35,585 nucleotides of DNA. It comes from Actinomycetales bacterium. GTDB lineage: Bacteria; Actinomycetota; Actinomycetes; Actinomycetales; CAVURS01. Made by a program: the position numbers and the translations under genes. Within the stretch, counting starts at the first letter, position 1, and the number at the start of each line of letters is the position of its first letter. The stretch is from positions 1 to 35,585 of the forward strand of contig JBJMHS010000080.1 in the NCBI GenBank assembly GCA_045807245.1, read 5' to 3'. Shown here one piece after another: positions 25,787-35,585 of the stretch. The notes under the pieces are model-generated. The model ran no database searches and was not told the DNA's origin. It worked only from the letters and a program-made list of their open reading frames with translations.

Positions 25787-27409
25787 TCAGGCGGTGAGCT
25801 CCGGGATGTCGCTCACTCGCGGGTCACCGGCGTCGGCCCGGTAGTCGTCCGGCTCGGTGACGTCGGCGCCGTCCGGGACCTTGACGGCGCGCAAGACGGC
25901 GGTCAGCACGACCGCCACGACGACGTTGAGCACCACGGCGGTCAGGCCGATGTAGCCGATCTGGCCGATGGCCTCGATCTTGGTCGTCGACCCGCCGAAG
26001 TGCTTCGTCGCCGGACTGGCCACGCCGTACGCCTTCCAGGTGCCGTAGACCATGGCGACGGCCCATCCGGCCAGGAGGGCCCATCGATGCAGCCAGCGCG
26101 TGTACAGGCCGATGACGATGGCGGGGAAGGTCTGCAGGATCCAGATGCCGCCGAGCAGCTGGAAGTTGATCGCGTTCTGCCGGTCGAGGCTCAGCACGAA
26201 GAGCAGGGCCGCGAACTTCACGACGAGGGACGCGATCTTCGAGACCTGGGCCTCCTGGCGCGGGGTGGCGTCGGGCTTGATCCACTCGCGGAAGATGTTG
26301 CGGGTGAACAGGTTCGCCGCAGCGATCGACATGATCGCCGCGGGGACGAGGGCGCCGATCGCGATGGCCGCGAACGCGATGCCGGCGAACCACGAGGGGA
26401 ACTTGTCCTCGAACAGCTGCGGGATGACCAGCTGGGGGTTTGGCTTGCCGTCCAGGCCGATCGGCTTGGTGCCGGCGGCGATCGCGACGAACCCGAGCAG
26501 GGCGAGCAGGCCCAGCAGGAACGAGTACGCCGGCAGGATCGCGGCGTTGCGGCGGATCACGTTGCGGCTCTTGGACGAGAGGACGGCCGTGATCGAGTGC
26601 GGGTACATGAACAGCGCGAGCGCCGAGCCGAGGGCCAGCGTGCCGTAGGCCCAGTACTGCTGCGAGTTCGGGATGAAAACACCCGGCTTGCCGGACGCCG
26701 GGTTCGGCTTGGCCATCTTGGCCTGTGCGGCGTCGAAGATCGGGCCGAAGCCGCCCAGCTTGTGCGGCAGGTAGATCACGGCGACGACGATGACCAGGTA
26801 GATGAGCGTGTCCTTCAGGAACGCGATCAGCGCGGGGGCGCGCAGCCCGGAGGTGTAGGTGTATGCAGCCAGGACCGCGAACGCGATGAACAGCGGCAGG
26901 TCCTTCGCCACCGTGTTGCCGGACCCGCCGACGCCCATGACCTCCAGGACGGCCTGGATGCCGACCAGCTGCAGGGCGATGTACGGCATCGTCGCCAGGA
27001 TGCCGGTCGCCGCGACGGCCAGCGACAGGCCGCGCGAGCCGTAGCGCCCGCGGACGAAGTCGGCCGGTGTGACGAACGCGTGGCGGTGCGAGACGGACCA
27101 CAGCCGGGCCATGAACACGAAGATGATCGGGTAGACGACGACGGTGTACGGCACGGCGAAGAAGCCGGCCACGGAGCCGGTCGCGTACATCGCGGCCGGT
27201 ACGGCGACGAACGTGTACGCCGTGTAGAGGTCGCCGCCGAGCAGGAACCAGGTCACGAAGGTGCCGAACCCGCGGCCGCCCAGGCCCCACTCCTCGAGGG
27301 TGGACAGCGACTCCGGCCGCCGCCACCGCGCGGCCCAGAAGCCGATGCCGGTGACGATGAGGAAGATGACGATGACGATGGTCAGAGCCACCCCGTTGAC
27401 GTCCTTCAC
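25787..27409 (-). CDS. mctP: Sodium:solute symporter, monocarboxylate permease MctP
   Basis: EWGLGGRGFGTFVTWFLLGGDLYTAYTF, many TM segments, paired with DUF3311. Confidence 0.9.
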   Translation of the reverse strand: MKDVNGVALTIVIVIFLIVTGIGFWAARWRRPESLSTLEEWGLGGRGFGTFVTWFLLGGDLYTAYTFVAVPAAMYATGSVAGFFAVPYTVVVYPIIFVFMARLWSVSHRHAFVTPADFVRGRYGSRGLSLAVAATGILATMPYIALQLVGIQAVLEVMGVGGSGNTVAKDLPLFIAFAVLAAYTYTSGLRAPALIAFLKDTLIYLVIVVAVIYLPHKLGGFGPIFDAAQAKMAKPNPASGKPGVFIPNSQQYWAYGTLALGSALALFMYPHSITAVLSSKSRNVIRRNAAILPAYSFLLGLLALLGFVAIAAGTKPIGLDGKPNPQLVIPQLFEDKFPSWFAGIAFAAIAIGALVPAAIMSIAAANLFTRNIFREWIKPDATPRQEAQVSKIASLVVKFAALLFVLSLDRQNAINFQLLGGIWILQTFPAIVIGLYTRWLHRWALLAGWAVAMVYGTWKAYGVASPATKHFGGSTTKIEAIGQIGYIGLTAVVLNVVVAVVLTAVLRAVKVPDGADVTEPDDYRADAGDPRVSDIPELTA

Positions 27410-27642
27410 GGCAGCTCACCCCGTTCCCGGGCAGGGGTGGTCGCCTGCAGGATCCGGTACGCCGTGTAGGTGCAGGCGGCGGCCAGGAACACCCACAGGA
27501 ACTGGTACCAGAAGAAGAACGGCATCCCCCACAGCCGCGGGGTCGCCTTGGCGTACGACCCCACCCACATCAAGGCGACGATGGGCGCGAGCAGCAGGAC
27601 GGCGATGACGACCAGGGCAGGGGTCGGTGGTCTGCGCTTCAC
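27406..27642 (-). CDS. DUF3311 small membrane protein
   Basis: PRLWGMPFFFWYQFLWV. GTGA overlap with mctP. Confidence 0.9.
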   Translation of the reverse strand: MKRRPPTPALVVIAVLLLAPIVALMWVGSYAKATPRLWGMPFFFWYQFLWVFLAAACTYTAYRILQATTPARERGELP

Positions 27643-27723
27643 GTTCTCGGACGCTACGCCCGGACGGCCGGGCCCGCCTGTCGAGACGACGGCGCCGCCC
27701 GGCCCCCGGTGGTCAGGGCCCGC

Positions 27724-28125
27724 TCAGCCCTGCTTGGTCTCCTTGAAGATCGCGTCGATCTCGTCGATCTTCGCGAGCAGCTCGTCGGCCTTGGCCGCGT
27801 CGCTCGTGCCCTTCGTGCCGGCGGCGCCGGCCAGCTTGGTGGCCTCGTTGACCAGCTGGTGCAGCTGCGGGTACTTCTCGAAGTGCGGCGGCTTGAAGTA
27901 GTCGGTCCACAGCACCCACAGATGGTGCTTGACCAGCTCGGAGCGCTGCTCCTTGATCAGGATGGCCCGGGTGCGGAACTCCGGGTCGTCGTTGTCCTTC
28001 ATCTTCTCGATGATCGCCTTGACCGACTGGGCCTCGATCCGGGCCTGGGCGGGGTCGTAGACGCCGCAGGGGAGGTCGCAGTGGGCGCTGACCTCGATGG
28101 TGGGCGCGAACAGACGAGCACGCAT
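27724..28125 (-). CDS. sodN: Nickel superoxide dismutase precursor
   Basis: 14-aa leader followed by the Ni-hook HCDLPCGVYDPAQ. GAAGGA SD precedes ATG 28125. Confidence 0.97.
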   Translation of the reverse strand: MRARLFAPTIEVSAHCDLPCGVYDPAQARIEAQSVKAIIEKMKDNDDPEFRTRAILIKEQRSELVKHHLWVLWTDYFKPPHFEKYPQLHQLVNEATKLAGAAGTKGTSDAAKADELLAKIDEIDAIFKETKQG

Positions 28126-28163
28126 CAACCTGTTCCTTCCGTCAGGACGTCTGGTGGTCCCTC

Positions 28164-28502
28164 TCACGCTACCCGGCGCAGCAGGGACGGTCGCGGCCAG
28201 AGCCTCGCCAGCACGACGGCGATGACGTCGTCGGCGGGTATCGTCCCCACCTGCCAGGAGTCGACGCCGTACGCCGGGTTGTCCCGCTCCACCCACCAGG
28301 CCGATCCGTCCGGTGTGGTCTCCTCGCGCGAAAGGCGTTTGACGGCAACCGGTCTCGGGAGGCCGGTGTCGTCCACCGGTAGCCGGACCACCGCCAGCCT
28401 GCCGGCGCGGCCGCGCGCGCCGTAGCGGACCAGCAGGCGCTCACCCTCGTGCAGCGTCGGCTCCATCGAGACCCCGCGGACGACGGCCAGGCCCAGCGTC
28501 AG
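28164..28502 (-). CDS. sodX: NiSOD maturation peptidase (S26 family), probable CTG start
   Basis: [22 protein letters not shown] and DSWQVG, adjacent to sodN. The catalytic Ser lies upstream of the first ATG (28466). Confidence 0.85.
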   Translation of the reverse strand: MTLGLAVVRGVSMEPTLHEGERLLVRYGARGRAGRLAVVRLPVDDTGLPRPVAVKRLSREETTPDGSAWWVERDNPAYGVDSWQVGTIPADDVIAVVLARLWPRPSLLRRVA

Positions 28503-29326
28503 AGGGTCAGCTCCTCGGTGCTCGGGGCCAGCGCGCCGATGTGGCCCGCCTCCTCCTCCTGCCGCATTCGGGCGAGGAAGGACTGGGTGCGGGCGTGCTG
28601 CGGGTTGTTGATGACCTGCTTGGGCTCGCCCTGCTCGACGACGACGCCGCCGTCCATGAAGACCACCTGGTCGGCCACCTCGCGGGCGAACGACATCTCG
28701 TGGGTGACGACGACCATGGTCATGCCCTCAGAGGCCAGCTCGCGCATCACGGCCAGGACCTCGCCGACCAGCTCGGGGTCGAGCGCGCTGGTCGGCTCGT
28801 CGAACAGCATCAGCTTGGGCTTCATGGCCAGCGCGCGGGCGATGGCGACCCGTTGCTGCTGGCCGCCGGAGAGCTGGGCGGGGTACGCGTTGCGCTTATC
28901 GGCCAGGCCGACCCGCTCGAGCAGGGCCACCGCTGCCTCGACGGCGTCCTTCTTGCGCAGCCCGCGCACCTGGAGCGGAGCCTCCACGATGTTGGCGATC
29001 GCGGTCTTGTGCGGGAACAGGTTGAACCGCTGGAACACCATGCCGATCTCGCGCCGCTGCGCGGAGATCGCCTTGTCGGTGAGCCGGTGCAGCCGGCCCT
29101 CCCGCTCGGCGTACCCCATCAGCTCGCCGTCGACCCAGATCCGGCCCCCGTCGATCGTCTCGAGCTGGTTGATGCAGCGCAGGAACGTCGTCTTGCCCGA
29201 GCCGGAGGGGCCGAGCAGGCAGACCACCTGCCCCTTGCCGACCTCGAGGTCGATGCCCTTGAGCACCTCGACCTTGTGGAAGCTCTTGGAGACGTTGAGG
29301 GCCCGGACCAGCGGCTGGTCGGTCAT
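28499..29326 (-). CDS. Polar amino acid ABC transporter ATP-binding protein
   Basis: [27 protein letters not shown] and [11 protein letters not shown]. Confidence 0.95.
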   Translation of the reverse strand: MTDQPLVRALNVSKSFHKVEVLKGIDLEVGKGQVVCLLGPSGSGKTTFLRCINQLETIDGGRIWVDGELMGYAEREGRLHRLTDKAISAQRREIGMVFQRFNLFPHKTAIANIVEAPLQVRGLRKKDAVEAAVALLERVGLADKRNAYPAQLSGGQQQRVAIARALAMKPKLMLFDEPTSALDPELVGEVLAVMRELASEGMTMVVVTHEMSFAREVADQVVFMDGGVVVEQGEPKQVINNPQHARTQSFLARMRQEEEAGHIGALAPSTEELTL

Positions 29327-30276
29327 CCGTGGCCTCCTTGGATCGCGGTCGCCTCAGGCCGGACCTTGCTCGGCTTCTCGCCGAACCCCTTGCCGTACCG
29401 GCGTTCCAGGAAGTACTGCCCGACCATCAGGACACTGCCGAGGATCAGGTAGTACCCCGTGGCGGCGGTGTACACGGGTACGAGCTTGAAGGTGCGTGTA
29501 CCGATCGCCTGGGCCTGGAAGAACAGCTCGGTCGTGATCGGGATGGCAACGAGCAGCGAGGTGTCCTTCAGCATGGCGATCGTCTCGTTGCCGGTCGGCG
29601 GCACGATGACCCGCATGGCCTGCGGGAGCACGATCCGCCGCATGGTCTGGCCCCGTGACATGCCCAGCGCTTCGGCCGCCTCGGTCTGGCCCTTGTCGAT
29701 GCTGGCGATGCCTCCACGAGCGATCTCGGCCATGTAGGCAGCCTCGGACAGCCCGAGGCCGATGATGCCGATCCAGATCGTCCGGCTGAGCGCGTTCGCG
29801 TCGATGGAGTACACCGTGAGGTTCTGGTGCGACCCGAACAGCCCGGCGATCTGCCCGGCGAACGGTGGGCCGAGCCGGATCAGGCTGTACAGCGAGCCAA
29901 TCGCACCACAGAAGACCAGCAGCACATACCGGGGCACGGCCCGGAAGAACCAGACGTAGACCCAGGCGGCGCCGCGCAGCACGGGGTTGGGCGACAGCCG
30001 CATGATGGCGAGGATCACGCCGAGGACGATGCCGATGAACATCGCGCCGAGGGTGCCTAAGAGCGTGCCCTTCAACAGGCCGTCGATAACGGACCTCTGC
30101 TGCATGACCTTCCACGCGAACGACCAGTCCCATACGTCGTTCGTGACGAAGGAGCTGACGACCATCCCGGCCAGGACCAGGACGACCAGGAGCATCACCC
30201 ATCGGCCGGGGTGGCGCACCGGGACGGCCTCGATCCGCCCCGGGCGCTCCTCGGTGGTGACGGGGGCTTCGGTCAC
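29323..30276 (-). CDS. Polar amino acid ABC transporter permease
   Basis: [33 protein letters not shown] and KDTSL. GTGA overlap at 30273-30276. Confidence 0.93.
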   Translation of the reverse strand: MTEAPVTTEERPGRIEAVPVRHPGRWVMLLVVLVLAGMVVSSFVTNDVWDWSFAWKVMQQRSVIDGLLKGTLLGTLGAMFIGIVLGVILAIMRLSPNPVLRGAAWVYVWFFRAVPRYVLLVFCGAIGSLYSLIRLGPPFAGQIAGLFGSHQNLTVYSIDANALSRTIWIGIIGLGLSEAAYMAEIARGGIASIDKGQTEAAEALGMSRGQTMRRIVLPQAMRVIVPPTGNETIAMLKDTSLLVAIPITTELFFQAQAIGTRTFKLVPVYTAATGYYLILGSVLMVGQYFLERRYGKGFGEKPSKVRPEATAIQGGHG

Positions 30277-31193
30277 GACGCCGGCGGGTTCACCGCAAAG
30301 TCGGTGATGGCACCGGTCGTGACGCCCCACTTGTCGAGGGCCTGCTTGTAGGCGCCGGACGCCGACAGCTTCTTCAGCGAGTCGACGATCGCCTGGGCGA
30401 AGTCGGTCTCGGCCTTCGGCAGGACGTATCCGTACGGCGCCGAGTCGTAGATGTCACCGAGCGCCTGCAGCTTGCCCTCGGTCGTCTTCACGGCGTACAG
30501 GCAGACGGGGGAGTCGGCGAGCATGGCGTCGTTCTTGCCCGAGACCACGGATGCGGTGGCCTGGCCCTGGTCGGCGTAGATGGCGATGTTGATGGCCTTC
30601 TTGCCGTCCGTCTTGCACTTCTTGCTGCGGGCAGCCACGTCCGTGGCTTGAGTTGTCCCCTTCTGCACCGCGATGGCCTTGCCGCAGGCGTTGTTCGGGT
30701 CGACCTTCTTGGGGTTGCCCTTCTGCGTGGCCCACTGCGTGCCGGCGGTGAAGTAGCTGACCATGGTCGCTTGCTTCTCGCGGTCCGCCGTGACGCTGAA
30801 CGACGAGATGCCGATGTCGTACTTCCCGCTGTTGACGCCAAGGATGATGCTGTCGAACGGCGCCGGCTGCCACTCCACCTTGACGCCGAACGTCTGTGCC
30901 ACCGCGTTGAACAGGTCGACGTCCATGCCCTGGACGGTCTTGCCGTCCGGTCCGAGGAACTCGTTCGGCGCGTAGGTCGCGTCGACACCGACCACGATCT
31001 TCCCGGCGGACTTGACCTTGGCGGGCAGCTTCGCGGCGAGCGCTTGGTCGACGCTCCCGCTCGGGGTGACGGAGTTGCTCGGACCGCCGGCGTTGCCGCC
31101 GGACAGGTCGCTCGAACCGCAGGCCGAGGCAGCGAGGGAGACAGCAGCGCCGACCGCAAGAGCAGCGGCCAGGCGACGAGGGAGCGCACGCAC
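30273..31193 (-). CDS. Amino acid ABC transporter substrate-binding lipoprotein
   Basis: Lipobox ASAC, DATYAPNEF, GMDVDL, FDSII and SSFSVTADRE. AGGAGG SD upstream. Confidence 0.93.
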   Translation of the reverse strand: MRALPRRLAAALAVGAAVSLAASACGSSDLSGGNAGGPSNSVTPSGSVDQALAAKLPAKVKSAGKIVVGVDATYAPNEFLGPDGKTVQGMDVDLFNAVAQTFGVKVEWQPAPFDSIILGVNSGKYDIGISSFSVTADREKQATMVSYFTAGTQWATQKGNPKKVDPNNACGKAIAVQKGTTQATDVAARSKKCKTDGKKAINIAIYADQGQATASVVSGKNDAMLADSPVCLYAVKTTEGKLQALGDIYDSAPYGYVLPKAETDFAQAIVDSLKKLSASGAYKQALDKWGVTTGAITDFAVNPPAS

Positions 31194-31387
31194 GAGGAAT
31201 CCTCCTGAAAGGCGACGGGGTCACGCGCATCCTGTCATCCGGTAACGCAAAGGTCATCGTGCCGTGGCCGCTCGAGACCGATCTGTGTCGTGGCAGCGCT
31301 TGTCGCAGTTGCTGCGCTTTGCGGTGAGGTGCCCCGAGTCCGGCCGGTCCTTGGGTATCGACGGGTGGCCCGCTCTAGGGTCTGGGC

Positions 31388-32356
31388 ATGCTCGCTGCCT
31401 ACGCCGCCGCGCAGTCCGCCGACGACCCACTGTCCGGCCTCGAGGTCGGGCAGCGGCCCGAGCCGGAGGTACCGGAGGGGTGGGCCAGGGTGCGGCTGAA
31501 GGCCGCCAGCCTCAACCACCACGACCTGTGGAGCCTCAAGGGGGTCGGGCTCCCGGCTGACCGGCTGCCGATGATCCTCGGCTGTGACGGTGCGGGGCTG
31601 GACGAGGACGGCAACGAGGTGGTCGTCCACGCCGTGGTCGCGTCGCCGGGCTGGTCGGGTGACGAGACGCTCGACCCGCGGCGCTCGCTGCTCTCCGAGG
31701 TGCATCCGGGGACGCTCGCCGAGAGCGTCGTCGTGCCGCGAGCCAACCTGGTGCGCAAGCCGGCCGGGCTGTCGTGGACAGACGCCGCCTGCCTGCCCAC
31801 AGCTTGGCTGACGGCGTACCGGATGCTGTTCACCCAGTCGGGGCTCGCCCCCGGCGACACGCTGCTGGTGCAAGGTGCGGGCGGGGGAGTGGCGACCGCG
31901 CTGGTATCCCTTGCCGCGGCTGCGGGAATGCGGGTCTGGGTCACCAGCCGTGACCAGGCCAAGGGGGCCCGAGCCGTGGAACTCGGTGCGGCGCAAGCGT
32001 TCCCGTCAGGTGCGCGGTTGCCAGAGCGGGTCGACGCGGTGATGGAGACAGTCGGCGAAGCGACCTGGTCGCACTCCCTCAAAGCGTTGCGCCCGGGCGG
32101 CACCCTGGTGGTGTGCGGGGCGACCAGCGGGTTCAACCCTCCGGCTGAGCTCAACCGCCTGTACTTCCTCCAGCTGCGCATCGTCGGCTCGACGATGGGC
32201 AACCGGGCCGAGCTGGACCGGCTGCTGCAGATGTGCGAGGTGACCGGTGTGCGGCCGGTCGTCGACAGCGTCGTGCCGCTCGCCGACGCGCGTGACGCCT
32301 TCGCCCGGCTCCTGGACGAGGACCTGTTCGGCAAGGTCGTGCTGGAGGTCGCCTAG
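31388..32356 (+). CDS. MDR-family (zinc-binding dehydrogenase/quinone oxidoreductase) protein
   Basis: ASLNHHDLW, ILGCDGAG, CLPTAWLTAYRML, QGAGGGVA, GSTMG and FGKVV. Confidence 0.92.
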   Translation: MLAAYAAAQSADDPLSGLEVGQRPEPEVPEGWARVRLKAASLNHHDLWSLKGVGLPADRLPMILGCDGAGLDEDGNEVVVHAVVASPGWSGDETLDPRRSLLSEVHPGTLAESVVVPRANLVRKPAGLSWTDAACLPTAWLTAYRMLFTQSGLAPGDTLLVQGAGGGVATALVSLAAAAGMRVWVTSRDQAKGARAVELGAAQAFPSGARLPERVDAVMETVGEATWSHSLKALRPGGTLVVCGATSGFNPPAELNRLYFLQLRIVGSTMGNRAELDRLLQMCEVTGVRPVVDSVVPLADARDAFARLLDEDLFGKVVLEVA

Positions 32357-32961
32357 AGCGTGATGCCGAGCCAGTCCGGCCAGCCTTGGTGCAGCACCAG
32401 CCAGGCGATCAGCCCGTAGCCGGCCTGGCCGGGATGCATGCCGTCGCCGGAGGCGAGGTCCGCCTGCCACTGCTCGTGCGTGCGCAGCGGCTCGAAGCAG
32501 TCGACGAAGGGCACGCCCCGCCGCGAGCAGACGTCGGCCTGGGCGTCGGCGACGACCCGCAGCCGCTCGTCGAAGGACGCGTCCAGCATGGGCGCCGGAC
32601 CGACGACGAGCGTGGGGATGGTGAAGGCCGAGGCGTCGTCCAGGATGTTGGCCAGGTTGAGCCGGCTGCGCGCCGTCGACAGGCCCTGGGCGACGTCGCC
32701 GTGCCCCATCTGCAGCACCAGGCGATGCTCCGAGCCGGGGGAGAAGCGGCGGGCGGACTCCTCGCGCCAGCGGTCGAGCACGTCGGCGGAGGAGTCGTCG
32801 CGCACACCGAGGTTGTACGGCGTGAGGAACAGGTCCGGGCTCTGGCTGCGGGCCACGACCCGGCCCAGCCAGCCCAAGCCCTTGGGGTCACCGACTCCGG
32901 CCGCGAACGCGTCGCCCACGACGACCAGGCGTACGTCGCGCAGCCCGAGCCCGTCGGGCAT
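32353..32961 (-). CDS. SGNH/GDSL lipase/esterase family protein
   Basis: VVGDAFAAGVGD, NLGVR and DGMHPGQAGY. Confidence 0.85.
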   Translation of the reverse strand: MPDGLGLRDVRLVVVGDAFAAGVGDPKGLGWLGRVVARSQSPDLFLTPYNLGVRDDSSADVLDRWREESARRFSPGSEHRLVLQMGHGDVAQGLSTARSRLNLANILDDASAFTIPTLVVGPAPMLDASFDERLRVVADAQADVCSRRGVPFVDCFEPLRTHEQWQADLASGDGMHPGQAGYGLIAWLVLHQGWPDWLGITL

Positions 32962-33137
32962 CAGACGTCGAGCCCGTCGTCCCGCGCCAGCCAGGTGGCC
33001 AGGCGCTCGACCGGTGTCTCGAACTCAGGGAACAGGTCGACGAAGACGCGCAGCCGGTCGGCCAGCCACTCCAGCGTGACCTCTTCCTCGCCCCGACGCT
33101 CGGCCAGCTCCTCGATGCCGCGGTCGGTGAAGTACAT
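32961..33137 (-). CDS. DUF6104 family small protein
   Basis: MYFTDRGIEELAERRGEEEVTLEWLADRLRVFVDLFPEFETPVERLATWLAR. CAGGAT lies 6 nt upstream. Confidence 0.88.
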   Translation of the reverse strand: MYFTDRGIEELAERRGEEEVTLEWLADRLRVFVDLFPEFETPVERLATWLARDDGLDV

Positions 33138-33189
33138 GTCCCAATCCTGCCTGACCGGCGCCGTCCCGGCCGGGAGGCTCAGCGCGGGT

Positions 33190-35585
33190 TCAGCGAGCGA
33201 ACGCCTGCTCGACCAGCGTCTGCTGCTCCAGCGCGTGCATCTTGGACGAGCCGGCAGCGGTCGACGCCGACGGGGGACGCGAGACCACGCGCAGGCCACG
33301 GGCACCCAGGCGCGGAGCGAGGTTGAGCGCCATGAACGGCCACGGTCCCTGGTTGGCCGGCTCCTCCTGGACCCAGAGCAGCTCGGCCTCGGGGTAGCGT
33401 CCCACCGCCTCGACGACCTCGTCGCCCGGCAGGGGCGCGAGCTGTTCGACCCGGACGATGGCCGTGCCGGTCTCACCGATCTTGTCCCGCGCCGCGACCA
33501 GGTCGTAGTAGACCTTGCCCGAGCACAGCAGCACCCGGTCGACCTGGCCGGGGTCCGGGGCGGCCCGATCGGCCAGGACCGGCTGGAACGTTCCGGTGGT
33601 GAGGTCGGCGAGAGGGCTGGCCGCTGCCTTGAGCCGCAGCATCGACTTCGGCGTGAACACGATGAGCGGCCGCCGCGGCCGGGCGAACGCCTGCCGGCGG
33701 AGCAGGTGGAAGTACGACGCGGGCGTGGTCGGCATGGCCACGGTCATGTTGTCCTCGGCGCACATCTGCAGGTACCGCTCGGGCCGCGCCGAGGAGTGGT
33801 CCGGGCCCTGGCCCTCGTAGCCGTGCGGCAGCAGGAGCACCACCGAGGAGTGCTGGCCCCACTTCTGCTCGGAGCTGGAGATGAACTCGTCCAGGATGCT
33901 CTGGGCACCGTTGGCGAAGTCGCCGAACTGCGCCTCCCACAGCACCAGGGCGTCGGGGCGCTCGACCGAGTAGCCGTACTCGAACCCCATGGCGGCGTAC
34001 TCGGACAGCAGCGAGTCGTAGACCCAGAACCGCGCCTGGTTGTCCGACAGGTAGAGCAGCGGGGTCCACTCCTCCGCGGTCTCCTTGTCGATGAGTACGG
34101 CGTGCCGCTGCACGAAGGTGCCGCGGCGGCTGTCCTGACCGGCCAGCCGGACCGGAACCTGTTGCAGCAGAAGGGATCCCAAGGCGAGCAGCTCGCCCAT
34201 CGACCAGTCGATGCCGCCCTCGCGCGTCATCGTCCGCCGGCGGTCGAGCAGCTGCTGGATCTTCGGGTGGACCGTGAAGCCCTCCGGGGGACTGACGAAC
34301 GCGTCGCCGATCTGGTGCAGCACACCGGCGGACACCGACGTCCGTTCCGCACGAGGGGGCTCGGCCTGGTCGCGCACCTGCGCCGCCGGGCGCTCCAGCC
34401 CACCCCGCCCGTACGTCTCGTCGTCCGGCTCGACCGGTCCCTTGGCCGCTGCCTGCGTCTCGGTGAACGCGCGCTCGAGCTGGGCCTGGTAGTCCTTCAG
34501 CGCGGCCTCGGACTCCTCGATCGTGATGTCGCCGCGCCCGGTGAGCGCCTCGGTGTACAGCTTGCGGACGCTGCGCTTGGCCTCGATCAGGTTGTACATC
34601 AGCGGCTGCGTCATCGACGGGTCGTCGCCCTCGTTGTGCCCGCGCCGGCGGTAGCAGACGAGGTCGATCACGACGTCCTTGTTGAACTCCTGCCGGAAGT
34701 CGAACGCCAGCTCGGCCACGCGGACGCAGGCCTCGGGGTCGTCACCGTTGACGTGGAAGATGGGCGCCTGCACCATCCGCGCGACGTCGGTGGAGTAGAA
34801 GGACGACCGTGACGACGACGGCGACGTGGTGAAGCCGACCTGGTTGTTGACGACCAGGTGGATGGTGCCGCCGGTGCGGTAGCCGCGCAGCTGCGACAGG
34901 TTGAGCGTCTCCGCGACCACGCCCTGGCCGGCGAAGGCCGCGTCGCCGTGCAGCAGCAGGGGCAGCACGGTGAACGCCTCACCGGCGAGGTCGAGGCGGT
35001 CCTGCTTGGCCCGGACGATGCCCTCCAGGACCGGGTCGACGGCCTCCAGGTGCGACGGGTTGGCCGCGACCGACACCTTGATCCGGTCACCTGACCCGGA
35101 GAGGAACTCTCCTTCGGCGCCCAGGTGGTACTTCACGTCTCCCGAGCCCTGCACCGTCCGCGGATCGATGTTGCCCTCGAACTCACGGAAGATCTGTGAG
35201 TACTTCTTGCCCACGATGTTGGCCAGGACGTTGAGACGGCCGCGGTGAGCCATGCCGATGCAGACCTCGTCGAGGCTGATCTCGGCGGCCGCTTCGCAGA
35301 TCTCGTCCAGGACCGGGACGGTGGTCTCGGCGCCCTCGAGGCTGAAGCGCTTCTGGCCGACGAACTTGGTCTGCAGGAAGGTCTCGAACGCCTCTGCCTG
35401 GTTGAGCTTGAGCAGGATCCGGAGCTGCTCCTCGCGAGGCGGCTTCTGGTGCGGCTGCTCGACCCGCTTCTGGATCCAGCGGCGCTGGTCGGGATCCATG
35501 ATGTGCATGTACTCGATGCCCACGGTGCGGCAGTAGGAGTCACGCAGGATGCCCAGTACCGACCGCAGCTTCATGAAGCTCCGAG
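33190..35585 (-). CDS. kgd: Multifunctional 2-oxoglutarate decarboxylase/dehydrogenase E1 (3' part; continues beyond the right edge)
   Basis: [44 protein letters not shown] and [15 protein letters not shown]. Confidence 0.96.
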   Translation of the reverse strand, partial: RSFMKLRSVLGILRDSYCRTVGIEYMHIMDPDQRRWIQKRVEQPHQKPPREEQLRILLKLNQAEAFETFLQTKFVGQKRFSLEGAETTVPVLDEICEAAAEISLDEVCIGMAHRGRLNVLANIVGKKYSQIFREFEGNIDPRTVQGSGDVKYHLGAEGEFLSGSGDRIKVSVAANPSHLEAVDPVLEGIVRAKQDRLDLAGEAFTVLPLLLHGDAAFAGQGVVAETLNLSQLRGYRTGGTIHLVVNNQVGFTTSPSSSRSSFYSTDVARMVQAPIFHVNGDDPEACVRVAELAFDFRQEFNKDVVIDLVCYRRRGHNEGDDPSMTQPLMYNLIEAKRSVRKLYTEALTGRGDITIEESEAALKDYQAQLERAFTETQAAAKGPVEPDDETYGRGGLERPAAQVRDQAEPPRAERTSVSAGVLHQIGDAFVSPPEGFTVHPKIQQLLDRRRTMTREGGIDWSMGELLALGSLLLQQVPVRLAGQDSRRGTFVQRHAVLIDKETAEEWTPLLYLSDNQARFWVYDSLLSEYAAMGFEYGYSVERPDALVLWEAQFGDFANGAQSILDEFISSSEQKWGQHSSVVLLLPHGYEGQGPDHSSARPERYLQMCAEDNMTVAMPTTPASYFHLLRRQAFARPRRPLIVFTPKSMLRLKAAASPLADLTTGTFQPVLADRAAPDPGQVDRVLLCSGKVYYDLVAARDKIGETGTAIVRVEQLAPLPGDEVVEAVGRYPEAELLWVQEEPANQGPWPFMALNLAPRLGARGLRVVSRPPSASTAAGSSKMHALEQQTLVEQAFAR

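Noticed and set aside
32386..34812. 808-aa plus-strand ORF and other long antisense or alternate-frame ORFs (e.g. 7129..9270, 8448..10082, 16837..18624, 26000..27469)
   Set aside because: These are shadow frames of well-supported genes, expected at this GC content, with no recognisable motifs. The exception is the FhuF-like tail of 7129..9270, reported separately.

Overview
High-GC actinobacterial chromosomal segment, probably Kineosporiales/Micrococcales-like (inferred from gene content only). Left to right it contains: (1) the end of a nonulosonic-acid (sialic/legionaminic/pseudaminic-type) locus, with a NeuB-type synthase divergent from a NeuA-type CMP-transferase, a coiled-coil ORF and a protein carrying GT29-like sialylmotifs; (2) an accessory patch with an APH-kinase/class-III PLP fusion, a DUF222/HNH gene broken by one TGA behind a PafBC-type promoter and LexA-like box, a SnoaL-like gene, a frameshifted FhuF-like gene and dedA; (3) a cobalamin-uptake island. 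In the island, two back-to-back cobalamin riboswitches drive, on one side, a secreted prenyltransferase-repeat + beta-domain protein and, on the other, the same two domains as separate surface-anchored proteins plus a full ECF transporter (T, A-A, S). This architecture resembles animal transcobalamin/intrinsic factor; (4) conserved core genes: hisN, rsgA, aroA, DoxX, SRAP, hydrolase, ferritin, sigR/sigH-rsrA, bL37, biotin carrier, pilT, GNAT, mctP, sodN/sodX, a polar amino-acid ABC transporter, MDR oxidoreductase, SGNH hydrolase, DUF6104 and the 3' part of kgd. Many genes look leaderless. No rRNA, tRNA, CRISPR array or transposase was seen. All family calls come from motif recognition by eye, not from database searches.
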